The notes under the pieces: generated by a model | What the model saw: the letters and a program-made list of their open reading frames with translations, nothing else | What the model was told of the DNA's origin: nothing | The model's database searches: none | Shown: positions 38,143-47,208 of the stretch, one piece after another | Layout: the number at the start of each line of letters is the position of its first letter | Numbering within the stretch: position 1 is the stretch's first letter | DNA from: an uncultured Solirubrobacterales bacterium | Lineage (GTDB): Bacteria; Actinomycetota; Thermoleophilia; Solirubrobacterales; 70-9 | Assembly: GCA_963782605.1 (NCBI GenBank) | Contig: CAWAKK010000005.1 | Location: 13,080 to 77,079 of the forward strand | Length of the DNA stretch: 64,000 nt | Direction: 5' to 3' | Made by a program: the position numbers and the translations under genes

Positions 38143-38907
38143 GTGGATCGGGCACAGGCCGTCGAGCGCCAGCATCGCTGCATCCAGGGCTGGATCCCCA
38201 CGCTCGTGCACGCCTCGCGCGGAGCGGAGATGCTGGCCCTCGACGGCGTCGTTGCCGCCGTCCTACCCGAAGCACCACAGCGCTCCCTCTTGAACGGGGG
38301 CACCTACGAGGACGTGCGCGGGCTTCGCACGGCGCTGCCGATTCTGACGGACGCATACGATCGGGCTGGCGTGCGTGCTTCGACGATGTGGATGGTCGAG
38401 CGCAACCCGGAGGCTGCCGCGGTGCTCGAGGAGAACGCCTACGTGCTCGACGGCGAGCCGGCCGCCATGCACCTGGAGCTCACCGACCTGACCGAGCCGG
38501 AGGTTGAGGGTCTCGACTGGGACGATGGGGCGGCGCCCGAGGAGGTTGCCCTGGTCAACGACGTCGCGTACGGCTACCCGGAGGGCCAGGGCGTCGGAAG
38601 CGGGATCGGCGCCGGCCCACCCGGCATGGGGATTCGCTCCTATCGCGCCCGCGCAGGCGGCGAGCTGGCGTGCGTGCTCCAGACGCTCGACATCGGCTCC
38701 GATTGCCTGATCATGTGGGTTGCGACATTGCCCGAGTACCGCGGCCAGAGGCTGGCGTCCCGGCTCCTCGGCGGCGCGCTGATCGAGGCGCGGTCTCGCG
38801 GCGTTCGAAGCTCCAGCCTGCAGTCGAGCATGCTCGGCCGGGGCGTCTATGAGCGTCTGGGGTACGAGCTCGTCTTTCAGCTCGGGCTCTACGAGCGCCG
38901 CGTCTGA
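38143..38907 (+). CDS. GNAT-family N-acetyltransferase
   Basis: C-terminal acetyl-CoA-binding pattern VATLPEYRGQRLASRLLGGAL ... GVYERLGY. Confidence 0.75.
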   Translation: MDRAQAVERQHRCIQGWIPTLVHASRGAEMLALDGVVAAVLPEAPQRSLLNGGTYEDVRGLRTALPILTDAYDRAGVRASTMWMVERNPEAAAVLEENAYVLDGEPAAMHLELTDLTEPEVEGLDWDDGAAPEEVALVNDVAYGYPEGQGVGSGIGAGPPGMGIRSYRARAGGELACVLQTLDIGSDCLIMWVATLPEYRGQRLASRLLGGALIEARSRGVRSSSLQSSMLGRGVYERLGYELVFQLGLYERRV

Positions 38908-38931
38908 GAGCCGGCGGGTAGGGTCCGCGCG

Positions 38932-39267
38932 GTGCAGCCCAGGTACACCGAGGACGAGCTCGAGGCCGCGATCGACGCGCTCAGCGATCCGGAGCGGTTT
39001 CGCGCCGCGGAGAGCCTCGTCGCCTCCGCAGCGCCAAGGCTCCAGCAGGTGCTGGCGCAGGCGCTCGAGGCTGGTGGATGGTTCGGCGAGTCGCACGATG
39101 CCGAGATCCGTAAGGCTGCGAGCGCGGCTGACGAGGAGGAGCGCCTCACGGTGCTGCGCACCCTGCTGGCCGAGGAGGCCCGGATGGGGATGATGGTTGG
39201 GGTCGCGGTCGGATGGGCACTGGCCGACGAGCTGAAACGAGACGACGATGAGGAGGACCGAGACTGA
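38932..39267 (+). CDS. hypothetical protein (acidic, one hydrophobic segment)
   Basis: 111-aa ORF tightly packed between neighbours. No motif recognised. Confidence 0.5.
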   Translation: MQPRYTEDELEAAIDALSDPERFRAAESLVASAAPRLQQVLAQALEAGGWFGESHDAEIRKAASAADEEERLTVLRTLLAEEARMGMMVGVAVGWALADELKRDDDEEDRD

Positions 39268-39980
39268 TGGAGATCCACTACCACGGGCATAGCTGCTTCG
39301 AGCTGGAGGAAGGCGATGCCCGTGTGCTCATCGACCCGTTCTTAAAGCCGAACAATCCCGCTGCCGTCATCACGGCAGACGACGTCGAGCCCACTCAAAT
39401 TCTCATCACGCACGGTCACGTGGATCACATGGCGGACGCGGTCGGCGTCGCCTCGCGCACGGGCGCGCCCCTTGCAGCGCACGTGGAGGTCGCCAACTGG
39501 ATGATGGCGCGCGACCTCGAGAACGTGTCGGATCCCAACCTCGGCGGAACGGTCGAGTTCGAGGGCGGCTGGGCCAAGCTCGTGCAGGCCTTTCACTCGA
39601 ACACGCTGCCCGGCTCTGATGAGACACCGTTCTCCGCCGAGGAGGGCACACCGGTCGGCCAGGCCGCCGGGTGGGTCGTCAACCTGGGAGGAACGACCGT
39701 CTACCACGCGGGGGACACGTGCCTTTTCGGCGATATGGAGCTGATCGCGCGGCGGACTCCGATCGACATCGCGCTGCTGCCGATCGGCGGCCACTACACG
39801 ATGGATCGCCATGACGCCGTCGTCGCCGCGGCGTTCACCGGCGCGAGCACGGTGATCCCGATCCACTACGACACATTCCCGCCGATCGAGACGGACGCGC
39901 AGGCGTTCAAGGCCGACGTCGAGTCCGAGACGTCCGCAAGCTGCGTCGTGATGTCAGCCGGGGAAACGCACAGCGCCTAG
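39267..39980 (+). CDS. metallo-beta-lactamase-fold hydrolase (UPF0173-like)
   Basis: MEIHYHGHSCFELE start and ILITHGHVDH metal-binding motif. Confidence 0.85.
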   Translation: MEIHYHGHSCFELEEGDARVLIDPFLKPNNPAAVITADDVEPTQILITHGHVDHMADAVGVASRTGAPLAAHVEVANWMMARDLENVSDPNLGGTVEFEGGWAKLVQAFHSNTLPGSDETPFSAEEGTPVGQAAGWVVNLGGTTVYHAGDTCLFGDMELIARRTPIDIALLPIGGHYTMDRHDAVVAAAFTGASTVIPIHYDTFPPIETDAQAFKADVESETSASCVVMSAGETHSA

Positions 39981-40009
39981 CGAGCCGCCGGTACGCTCAG
40001 AGCGAAACC

Positions 40010-40948
40010 GTGGAGGCCGAGGCCAAGGAAGATCGCGTCCGGACGCTGAGCTCGATCGCGACGCGGGAGGACCTCAAGGCGACCTCGGATCCTGCGCTTC
40101 AGCCTGCCGCCGACCGCGCCGAGGCGCAGCTCCTCGACTATCGCGAGCTGTACCTGCTGTGGGAGCGCCAGCAGTGGTCGACCCAGGAGCTCGACTTCAC
40201 CCAGGACCGGCACGACTGGCATGAGCGCATCGACGCCGAGGAGCGGTTCGCTCGCATGTACGGCCTCTCCGCGTTCTTCATCGGCGAGCAGAAGGTCGCC
40301 GACGAGCTGGGCCCGATCATGCGGGCTGCCCCGACGGAGGAGCAGCGAATCTTCCTCTGCACCCAGATCGCCGACGAGGCGCGCCACGTGCGCTTCTTCG
40401 ACCGCTTCTACAGCGAGGTGGGTGTGCTCGAGGGGGCCAATGACCTGCCCGCGCGACTCGTCGAGACCCGTCAGCACCTAAACGATGCCTTCCACGAGCT
40501 CTTCGATGATCAGCTCCGCCGCCGAGTAGACGCCCTCGCGGCGGATCCTGGTGACACCGAGACCCTGGTCGAGGCGATCACCCTCTACCACATGGTGATC
40601 GAGGGGGTCCTGGCACTCACCGGTCAGCACTTCATCATCGACTACAACACCGAGGTCGGCACGTTGCCGGCCTTCGTCGAGGGCTTCAGCAAGGTCGCGC
40701 GAGACGAGCATCGCCATATCGCCTTCGGCGTGCGATTCCTGACCGACATGGCGCGGGAGGACGAGCGCTACCGCGAGGCCATCCAGCGGACGCTCGCCGA
40801 GACTCTTCCGATCGCCGACGGGGTGCTCGAGCCTCCTTGGGTGGAGAACGAGGAGGATTGGGAGATCTTCGGGGCGACCAAGGCCGAGACGCACGAGTTC
40901 GCAGCCGAGTGCCTCACGCGTCGCCTCAAGGTGATCGGGCTCGCCTGA
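40010..40948 (+). CDS. ferritin-like di-iron protein related to ribonucleotide reductase R2
   Basis: Two ExxH pairs, QIADEARHVRFF and VARDEHRHIAFG, and VIEGVLALTGQHF. No R1 subunit is adjacent. Confidence 0.7.
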   Translation: MEAEAKEDRVRTLSSIATREDLKATSDPALQPAADRAEAQLLDYRELYLLWERQQWSTQELDFTQDRHDWHERIDAEERFARMYGLSAFFIGEQKVADELGPIMRAAPTEEQRIFLCTQIADEARHVRFFDRFYSEVGVLEGANDLPARLVETRQHLNDAFHELFDDQLRRRVDALAADPGDTETLVEAITLYHMVIEGVLALTGQHFIIDYNTEVGTLPAFVEGFSKVARDEHRHIAFGVRFLTDMAREDERYREAIQRTLAETLPIADGVLEPPWVENEEDWEIFGATKAETHEFAAECLTRRLKVIGLA

Positions 40949-41260
40949 GTCCGTCCGACCGAGCCGCGTCGAAAGACATCCGATCGGAGGGCGCGGAATC
41001 ACCCGAGCATATGACCGAGCGGATGATGAGGCTGCGTGGGTTGAGGGTCAGCATGGCTATCCCCCCATCAACGCCACCGCGTTGGGGCGGGAACTGAACG
41101 TGGAACCGATCGCAGATCCATATCCGCGTCTAACCCCCGAGCACGAATCCGAGCAAGACGCTCGGAGAACACTCGGGGGCGTTCTCGAGCCCGGCCGCGG
41201 TGAGCTGGACGCCGGCGGCCCGAAAGAGCCGTAGCGGCGCCCTGTCCCGTACCCGGCTGT

Positions 41261-41294
41261 CTCAGCCCGAGGTCAAGGAGGATCTCGGGCTGAG
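41261..41294 (+). promoter_or_regulatory. perfect 11-bp-stem hairpin with AAGGAGGA in the loop, inside a 447-nt intergenic region
   Basis: CTCAGCCCGAG-GTCAAGGAGGAT-CTCGGGCTGAG read directly. No U-tract and no start codon at SD distance. Confidence 0.35.
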
Positions 41295-41395
41295 CAATCG
41301 GGTCGCTGCGGCGAGCAGGACCTGAGGTCTGAGCGGTTTCGACCGGGCAGGCCGCGCGGCGGGAGCGCCTCTCCCTTCCGTCGTAGACTCGCCCT

Positions 41396-42052
41396 GTGAG
41401 CGTCAGCGCGAAGCAGGCGAGGGTCCGAGTGGTGGTGGCGGACGATCATCCGATCTATCGCGAGGGCATCGTGCGAGCGATCAAGGAGCGACCCGACCTT
41501 GAGCTGGTCGGGGAGGCCGAGGAGGGGAGGAGCGCGCTCGAGGAGATCAAGCGCGCCGGGCCCGACGTGGCCCTGCTCGACATTCGGATGCCCAACCTCG
41601 AGGGACCCCAGGTCCTAAACGCGCTCCAGCGCGACGGCATCAAGACCCGCGTCATCTTCCTCTCGGCGTTCATGGAGGGAGAGCTCGCCTACGAGACCGT
41701 CGCTGCCGGCGCCCGTGGCTACCTCTCGAAGGAATCGGCCCGGGAGGAGATCTGCGATGCGATCGCCTCCGTTGCCCGCGGCGGCACCGCTCTTGCTCCC
41801 GAGGCCCAGGCCGGCCTTGCCGCCCAGGTGCAGGAGCGCGAGCGGACCGATCGCCAGCCGCAGCTGACACCGCGCGAGCGCGAGGTGCTCCAGCTCATCT
41901 CCGAGGGGCTCTCCGCCCCGGACATCGGCAAGCAGATCCACCTCAGCCCGACGACGGTGAAATCGCACCTTCACAAGCTCTACGAGAAGCTCGGTGTCTC
42001 CGACAGGGCGGCGGCGGTCGCAGAGGCGATGCGCCGCGGCCTGCTCGAGTGA
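41396..42052 (+). CDS. NarL/LuxR-family two-component response regulator
   Basis: Receiver domain (VVVADDHPIYREG ... DVALLDIRMP). C-terminal LuxR HTH (LTPREREVLQLISEGLSAPDIGKQIHLSPTTVKSHL). Confidence 0.92.
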   Translation: MSVSAKQARVRVVVADDHPIYREGIVRAIKERPDLELVGEAEEGRSALEEIKRAGPDVALLDIRMPNLEGPQVLNALQRDGIKTRVIFLSAFMEGELAYETVAAGARGYLSKESAREEICDAIASVARGGTALAPEAQAGLAAQVQERERTDRQPQLTPREREVLQLISEGLSAPDIGKQIHLSPTTVKSHLHKLYEKLGVSDRAAAVAEAMRRGLLE

Positions 42053-42780
42053 GCGTAGTTTTCGTCGCGCTGATCGCCGCGGCCGTCGGGGCGGGCATCG
42101 TCTTGCTCGCTACCCGGCGGGATACGCGGAGGCTCACGGAGGAGGTCGAGCGGCTGCGCGCCGAGCGCGTGACGCTGGTGTCGCAGATCCTCGACGCCGA
42201 GGAACGGGAGCGCAGCCGGGTCGCCCAAGCGCTCCACGACGACGCGCTTCAGAGCCTGCTGGCGGCGCACCAGGACCTGATCGAGGCAGCGCCTGGCCGG
42301 GCGCAGGTGACACGGGCGCACGAGGTCGTCGGCGTCGCCATCGATCGCGTGCGCGATGCCGTCTCCGCGCTGCACCCCGTGATCCTCGAGCAACGAGGGC
42401 TCGAGCCGGCGCTGGCGGCGGTTTGCGCCCAGGCCGAGGGATCGGCGGGGCTTGAGGCCGAGTTGCGCGTCGACCCTGCGGCGGTGGGCTCAAGCGACGG
42501 CCTGGTCTTCTCCGTGGCAAGGGAGTTGGTGACGAACGCAATGAGACACTCGAAGGCAAAGCACCTCGTCGTCGCGGTCGAAGCGACCGCAGAGGCGATC
42601 GTGCTCGAGGTAAGCGACGACGGTCAAGGGATCCCGGAGGGTCGCCGCGATGAGGCGCTCGACGAGGGGCACGTCGGCCTCGCCTCGATCCACCAGCGTC
42701 TCGACGCCATCGGCGGCACCCTCGACCTGGAGTCTCCACCGGGAGGCGGCACCAAGGCGACGGCGCGCATCCCGCGCTAG
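42049..42780 (+). CDS. HisKA_3-type sensor histidine kinase, minimal (one TM, no sensor domain)
   Basis: 4-nt overlap with the response regulator gene. One TM (VVFVALIAAAVGAGIVLLA), H-box ERSRVAQALHDDALQSL, and ATPase boxes ELVTNAMRHS, DDGQGI and GGT. Confidence 0.88.
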   Translation: MSVVFVALIAAAVGAGIVLLATRRDTRRLTEEVERLRAERVTLVSQILDAEERERSRVAQALHDDALQSLLAAHQDLIEAAPGRAQVTRAHEVVGVAIDRVRDAVSALHPVILEQRGLEPALAAVCAQAEGSAGLEAELRVDPAAVGSSDGLVFSVARELVTNAMRHSKAKHLVVAVEATAEAIVLEVSDDGQGIPEGRRDEALDEGHVGLASIHQRLDAIGGTLDLESPPGGGTKATARIPR

Positions 42781-42852
42781 CACCCCCAGCCCATCCGTTG
42801 ACGACTTTCGTGCGCCATGTGCATCTTCCCGTCAACGGATCTCTCGCTCCAG

Positions 42853-42937
42853 TGCCCGGGGCGGGGCTCGAACCCGCAACGCCCTTTCGGGCCGCGGCTT
42901 TTAAGGCCACTGCGTCTACCAGTTCCGCCACCCGGGC
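42853..42937 (-). tRNA. tRNA-Leu (anticodon TAA)
   Basis: Reverse complement is GCCCGGGTGGCGGAACTGGTAGACGCAGTGGCCTTAAAAGCCGCGGCCCGAAAGGGCGTTGCGGGTTCGAGCCCCGCCCCGGGCA. Long variable arm; anticodon loop CTTAAAA. Confidence 0.88.
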
Positions 42938-43021
42938 CCCGAGATCGTAGTTGTGGGCGCCTCGATGCCAGTCGTTGCTGGGCCCGCCACGGCACGGAGC
43001 AGTCAGCCGGGCGCGGTGTCG

Positions 43022-44527
43022 CTACTCCTCTACCGGCGGGGCGGCCTTGGCGGTCTCGGGCTCCGGCTCCTCCGCGGGCGGCTCGGGCGTCGGCGGCTCA
43101 GAGGGTGGTAGCGGTGGGTTGGCCGGAGGCTGGGAGTCGGTCGGTGGCTTCGGCGGGTTGGGGTTGGGGCTGGCACCGACGTAGTCGTGTCCGTTTTGGC
43201 CGTGGTGCTGCCACCAGAGCCTTGCCGCGAGCCGATCCTGTGCGAGCAGCTCGCGCAGGCGCTCGCGGCGAGCAGCGAGCAGATCTTGGCCATCGGTTTC
43301 CCCTCCGGCGTCGGGACCGGAGTAGTCGGTGCCGGGGTCCGGTGGCGTCGCTGTCGGCTCCTCCACCGCCGGCGCCTCCTTCGGTTCGCGAGGTTTTGAC
43401 TCATCGTCCTCGCCTTCTTTCGTGTCATCTCTGGCGCCGGCGGGGCCGCCGGGCCCCGGGTGGCCCTGCCCCTGCGCCGAGGTGCCCTCAGCGCCGGGTG
43501 GGCTCACGGGCTCCGTGCCGCTCACGGCAGCGACGATGCTGGCGGGCGAGGGAAGCTCCGGCTCGGTGACCGCGACGGTCGCGCCCCCGGCGCCGAAGAG
43601 GGCCGCCACCGCTGCGCCGGTCGCGGCCTTCGTGCCGAGGAGGCCGGCGCCGCCAGCTGCGGCGGCGCCGCCCATCCCGGCTCCGGCGGCCCCTGCGCCG
43701 CCGGCCAGCCCCGTGCCTCCAGAACTCGCGCCTCCGGCGACGCTCGCGCCGCCACCGGACCCGCCCAGCTTCACCTCCAGCACGCGCTTCAGCAGCAGGA
43801 CCGGCCCGATCGGGGCGAGCGCCGCCAGGCCGCGTGTGGTCGAGCGAAGGTGAGTGCGGTAGTCCCGGCAGTCGCTGCAGCGGCGGACGTGATGGCGGAC
43901 GGCGCCTGAGGTCTTTCCGATGCCCTCGGCTGCCGCAGCAAGCTCGAAGCGGACCTGAGAGCAGCTCAGGTCGTTGGCCTGGCTCGCCTCCGCAAGGCTG
44001 ACGCGTGCCCTCACGAGCAGCGACTTGACGGCGGGCACGCTCGTCTCGAGCGTCGCCGCGATCTCGGCGTACGAAAGCGCTTCGAGCTCCCGCAGGAGCA
44101 GGGCGCTGCGCTGCGCCTCGGGCAGCTCCCGGATGTGCCGTACCAGTAGGCGAAGGTCCTCCCTTGACTCGGCGCGATCCTCGGTCGTGGCGCCGTTCGA
44201 GTGAGGATGCTCGTCGAGCCCTTCCTGTGCCTCCGGCTGCGGGCGGCGCATGTGGTTGAGGCAGCGATTGCGGGCGATCCGGTAGAGCCATGGGCGCACG
44301 TCGAGCTTTCGATCGTCGGCGAGGATCGCCGAGTGAGCTGCCGCAAAGACCTCCTGGAGCACGTCTTCGGCGTCCTCGCTCGAATGCAGCATGCCTCGGC
44401 AGAACACAAGGAGCCGCGGGCGATAACGATCGAAGAGCGCCTCGAAGGCGCGTTCGTTGCCACCCCGCAGCTGGGAGACGAGGCGTTCGTCGCGGTGGGC
44501 GCGAAGCAGTGCTCGTGGGCGGCTCAT
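43022..44527 (-). CDS. ECF sigma-70 factor fused to zf-HC2 anti-sigma-like segment, Gly/Ala-rich hydrophobic region and Pro-rich C-terminal domain
   Basis: ATG 44527 in the frame of track ORF 43022..44761. Region 2 (DVLQEVFAAAHSAI, WLYRIARNRCLNH), region 4 (LPEAQRSALLLRELEALSYAEIAATL), then HVRRCSDCRDY, then GGAG repeats and PP-rich tail. Confidence 0.8.
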   Translation of the reverse strand: MSRPRALLRAHRDERLVSQLRGGNERAFEALFDRYRPRLLVFCRGMLHSSEDAEDVLQEVFAAAHSAILADDRKLDVRPWLYRIARNRCLNHMRRPQPEAQEGLDEHPHSNGATTEDRAESREDLRLLVRHIRELPEAQRSALLLRELEALSYAEIAATLETSVPAVKSLLVRARVSLAEASQANDLSCSQVRFELAAAAEGIGKTSGAVRHHVRRCSDCRDYRTHLRSTTRGLAALAPIGPVLLLKRVLEVKLGGSGGGASVAGGASSGGTGLAGGAGAAGAGMGGAAAAGGAGLLGTKAATGAAVAALFGAGGATVAVTEPELPSPASIVAAVSGTEPVSPPGAEGTSAQGQGHPGPGGPAGARDDTKEGEDDESKPREPKEAPAVEEPTATPPDPGTDYSGPDAGGETDGQDLLAARRERLRELLAQDRLAARLWWQHHGQNGHDYVGASPNPNPPKPPTDSQPPANPPLPPSEPPTPEPPAEEPEPETAKAAPPVEE

Positions 44528-44723
44528 GCCGTCGCGAGCGCTACCGAGTGCTGTGGCGTGCGAGATGCTGCCCAAGGGCGCGGTCCTCCCTTTCTGCCAA
44601 CACGAGAATTGATTCGAAGTTTCGGTGCGGCCCGCGGAAGCCGCCGATTGGTCGCGGAACCAGCGCGAGCCGGGGGCACGCCACCCCCGGCTCGCCGCTT
44701 GCCCTGCCTGTGGGCTCTCGGTG

Positions 44724-45512
44724 CTATCCGTTGACGACGGGGTCGAGCTCCTCGTCGTCATCCGCGGGGTCGGGAGCGCCCCGGGCCACGTGCTCGCATG
44801 ATCCCGTCGGATGCGCCGGGTTTGCGTCGGTGATCACGTCGAGCTCATCGAGGCGGGCCCGATCGTCGCCCCTCCCGCAGGTGATCTCGTCGGCCTCACC
44901 GTCGCGGGCATGGAACTTGTCGTCACCAATGCCTCCCCAGAGGGTGTCGACGCCCGCGAGCGCGACATCCGTTTGGATCAGCGCCCAGAGGTTGTCGTCC
45001 CCGGCGTGGCCAGCGATCCGGTCGACGCCCTCCTGGGCGAAGATCGTGTCGCCACCGGAGCCGCCGCGGGCGCCGTCGTCCCCAGCTCCCGCAGCCATGC
45101 GATCGTTGCCGTCGCCGCCGCCGAGGCCGTCGTTACCGGGCCCGGCGCGCACGGCATCGCCATCATCGCCGCCGCGGAGCTTGTCGTCTCCATCAGCGCC
45201 GGCGATGTAGTCGTGCGAGTCGCCACCCTGGACGCCGTCGTTGCCCTCGCCGGCCTTGACGATGTCGCGGCCGTGGCCCGCGTTGACCCTGTCGTCGCCC
45301 TTGCCGGCGCGGACGCCGTCGTTGCCAGCCAAGGCCGCAACGCGGTCGTCCCCGGCTTTGGCGCTGATTCGATCGTTGCCACGCGAGCCGACGATCCTGT
45401 CGTCGCCGTCCGTGCCGATGATCGTAAGCGCAGCCGCGCTCGAGGCGACCACGAGCGAGACGGTGACCGTCGCCGCGCTCGTTCTCGCAAAGCCTCGTTT
45501 CAGTCCCTGCAT
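44724..45512 (-). CDS. secreted protein with hemolysin-type (RTX-like) calcium-binding repeats
   Basis: ATG 45512 with GGAGG 8 nt upstream. Signal-like N-terminus (SAATVTVSLVVASSAAA). About 15 consecutive G-x-D-D/G-N-D nonapeptide-like units (GTDGDDRIVGSRGNDRISAKAGDDRV...). Confidence 0.8.
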   Translation of the reverse strand: MQGLKRGFARTSAATVTVSLVVASSAAALTIIGTDGDDRIVGSRGNDRISAKAGDDRVAALAGNDGVRAGKGDDRVNAGHGRDIVKAGEGNDGVQGGDSHDYIAGADGDDKLRGGDDGDAVRAGPGNDGLGGGDGNDRMAAGAGDDGARGGSGGDTIFAQEGVDRIAGHAGDDNLWALIQTDVALAGVDTLWGGIGDDKFHARDGEADEITCGRGDDRARLDELDVITDANPAHPTGSCEHVARGAPDPADDDEELDPVVNG

Positions 45513-45701
45513 TCCACGCACCTCCAGAGTGGATCTCAATTGCCTTCCATCCCGGGAACACGCCCCGCGCACCGGAAGTTGCGGTTACGGCCGAGCGATC
45601 AGCAGGGCTCGCAACGTCTCGACCACGACGTTCGGCTCGTGGAGAAGCTGGCGCGGGGTACTACGCAAAAAATTCGGGTAGCTCCGGGCTGGGAGCCAGG
45701 C

Positions 45702-47186
45702 CTAGAGCTGCGTCCAGACCATCTTGGTCTCGAGGTAGGCCTCGAGGTTGGCGTGGCCCTTCTCGCGGCCGATGCCCGACGCCTTGTAGCCCCCGAACGG
45801 GGCCGCGGGATCGCCGCCGCCCCACGTGTTGATGTAGACGCTGCCCGCCTTCAGCATGCCGGCGAGCTTGTGCGCCTTTGAGATGTCTCGCGTCCAGAGG
45901 CCCGCGGCGAGGCCGTATTCGGTGTCGTTGGCGCGGCGCGCGACCTCCTCGAGGTCGTCGAACGGCATCGCCACGAGGACGGGGCCGAAGATCTCCTCCC
46001 GCGCGATCGTCATCTCGTCGGAGACGCCGACAAAGAGTGTCGGGTCGACGAAGTAGCCATCGCCGTTTCCGCTCGGCCGGCCGCCTACCACCGCCTCGGC
46101 GCCGTCATGGAGGCCCGAGTCGATGTAGCCGGTGACCCGGTCGAACTGCTCCGCCGAGACGAGCGGCCCGAACTGAGAGTTGGGATCGAGACCCGGCCCG
46201 ACCTTCGCGTTGCGCGCGAACTCCGCGAGACCCTCCACGACCTCGTCGAACAGATCCGCCTGGACGTAAAGGCGCGAGCCGGCGTTGCAGGCCTGGCCCG
46301 AGTTGTAGTAGATGCCCTGGAAGGAGCCTTCGATCGCCGCGCCCAGGTCGGCGTCGGGAAGGATGATGTTGGGGCTCTTGCCTCCCAGCTCGAGCGTCAC
46401 GCGCTTCAGCGCCTCGCCGCATTTGCGGCCGATCTCGCGCCCGACTGCAGTCGAGCCAGTGAAGGCCACCTTGGCGACGCCCGGGTGGTCAACCAGCGCG
46501 GCGCCGGTTTCGCCGTCGCCCGTGAGCACGTTCAGGGTCCCCTCGGGGAAGCCCGCCTCGAGCGCCAGCTCGCCGAGCCGCAGCGCGCTGAGCGGCGTCT
46601 GCTCGGCTGGCTTCAGGACGATCGAGCAGCCGGCCGCAAGCGCTGGAGCCACCTTCCAGATCGCCATCAGCAGGGGGAAGTTCCACGGCACGATCTGCGC
46701 GCATACCCCCACCGGCTCGCGCAGCGTGTAGCAGAGGACGTCACGAGCGGAGACCGGAAGGGTCTCGCCCTCGATCTTGGTTGGCCAGCCCGCGTAGTAG
46801 CGAAGGTGGTTGACCGACGACGCGATATCGCTCTTCGCCGCCGCCATCGGCTTGCCGTTGTCGAGCGCGTCGAGCTGTGCCATCTCCTCGCCGTTTGACT
46901 TGATGAGCTCGGCGAGCGCATAAATGAGGGCGCCGCGCTTCGCGGGGCTCAGCTTTTGGAGCGGGCCATCGAGGGCCTTGCGGGCGGCGTCCACGGCCGC
47001 CGCGACATCGGCGGGCCCGGCCTGAGCGACCTCGCAGATGGTGTTTCCGGTCGCCGGATCTAGCGTCTCGAAGACCCGGCCATCCTTCGCCAGAGGCCGT
47101 TCGCCCCCGATCAAGAGCGGCTGCGGCGAGCGCCGCAGAAAGTCCATGGTCTGCCCGGACAGAGCCTCGACGAGGGTCTCGGTCAT
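45702..47186 (-). CDS. NAD(P)-dependent aldehyde dehydrogenase
   Basis: FTGSTAVGREI, ELGGKSPNII and GQACNAGSR (catalytic Cys) motifs. Confidence 0.93.
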   Translation of the reverse strand: MTETLVEALSGQTMDFLRRSPQPLLIGGERPLAKDGRVFETLDPATGNTICEVAQAGPADVAAAVDAARKALDGPLQKLSPAKRGALIYALAELIKSNGEEMAQLDALDNGKPMAAAKSDIASSVNHLRYYAGWPTKIEGETLPVSARDVLCYTLREPVGVCAQIVPWNFPLLMAIWKVAPALAAGCSIVLKPAEQTPLSALRLGELALEAGFPEGTLNVLTGDGETGAALVDHPGVAKVAFTGSTAVGREIGRKCGEALKRVTLELGGKSPNIILPDADLGAAIEGSFQGIYYNSGQACNAGSRLYVQADLFDEVVEGLAEFARNAKVGPGLDPNSQFGPLVSAEQFDRVTGYIDSGLHDGAEAVVGGRPSGNGDGYFVDPTLFVGVSDEMTIAREEIFGPVLVAMPFDDLEEVARRANDTEYGLAAGLWTRDISKAHKLAGMLKAGSVYINTWGGGDPAAPFGGYKASGIGREKGHANLEAYLETKMVWTQL

Positions 47187-47208
47187 CGCCTAAAGCTAGC
47201 GCTGTCGG

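Noticed and set aside
40837-41097. 86-aa ORF bridging the end of the R2-like gene and the intergenic gap, and a 44-codon GTG ORF at ~41101
   Set aside because: There is no SD, third-position GC is poor in the intergenic part, and the first ORF overlaps a well-supported gene.
42134-42931. 265-aa minus-strand ORF starting MAELVDAVALKAAARKG
   Set aside because: Its N-terminus is simply the translation of tRNA-Leu, and the rest is antisense to the histidine kinase gene.
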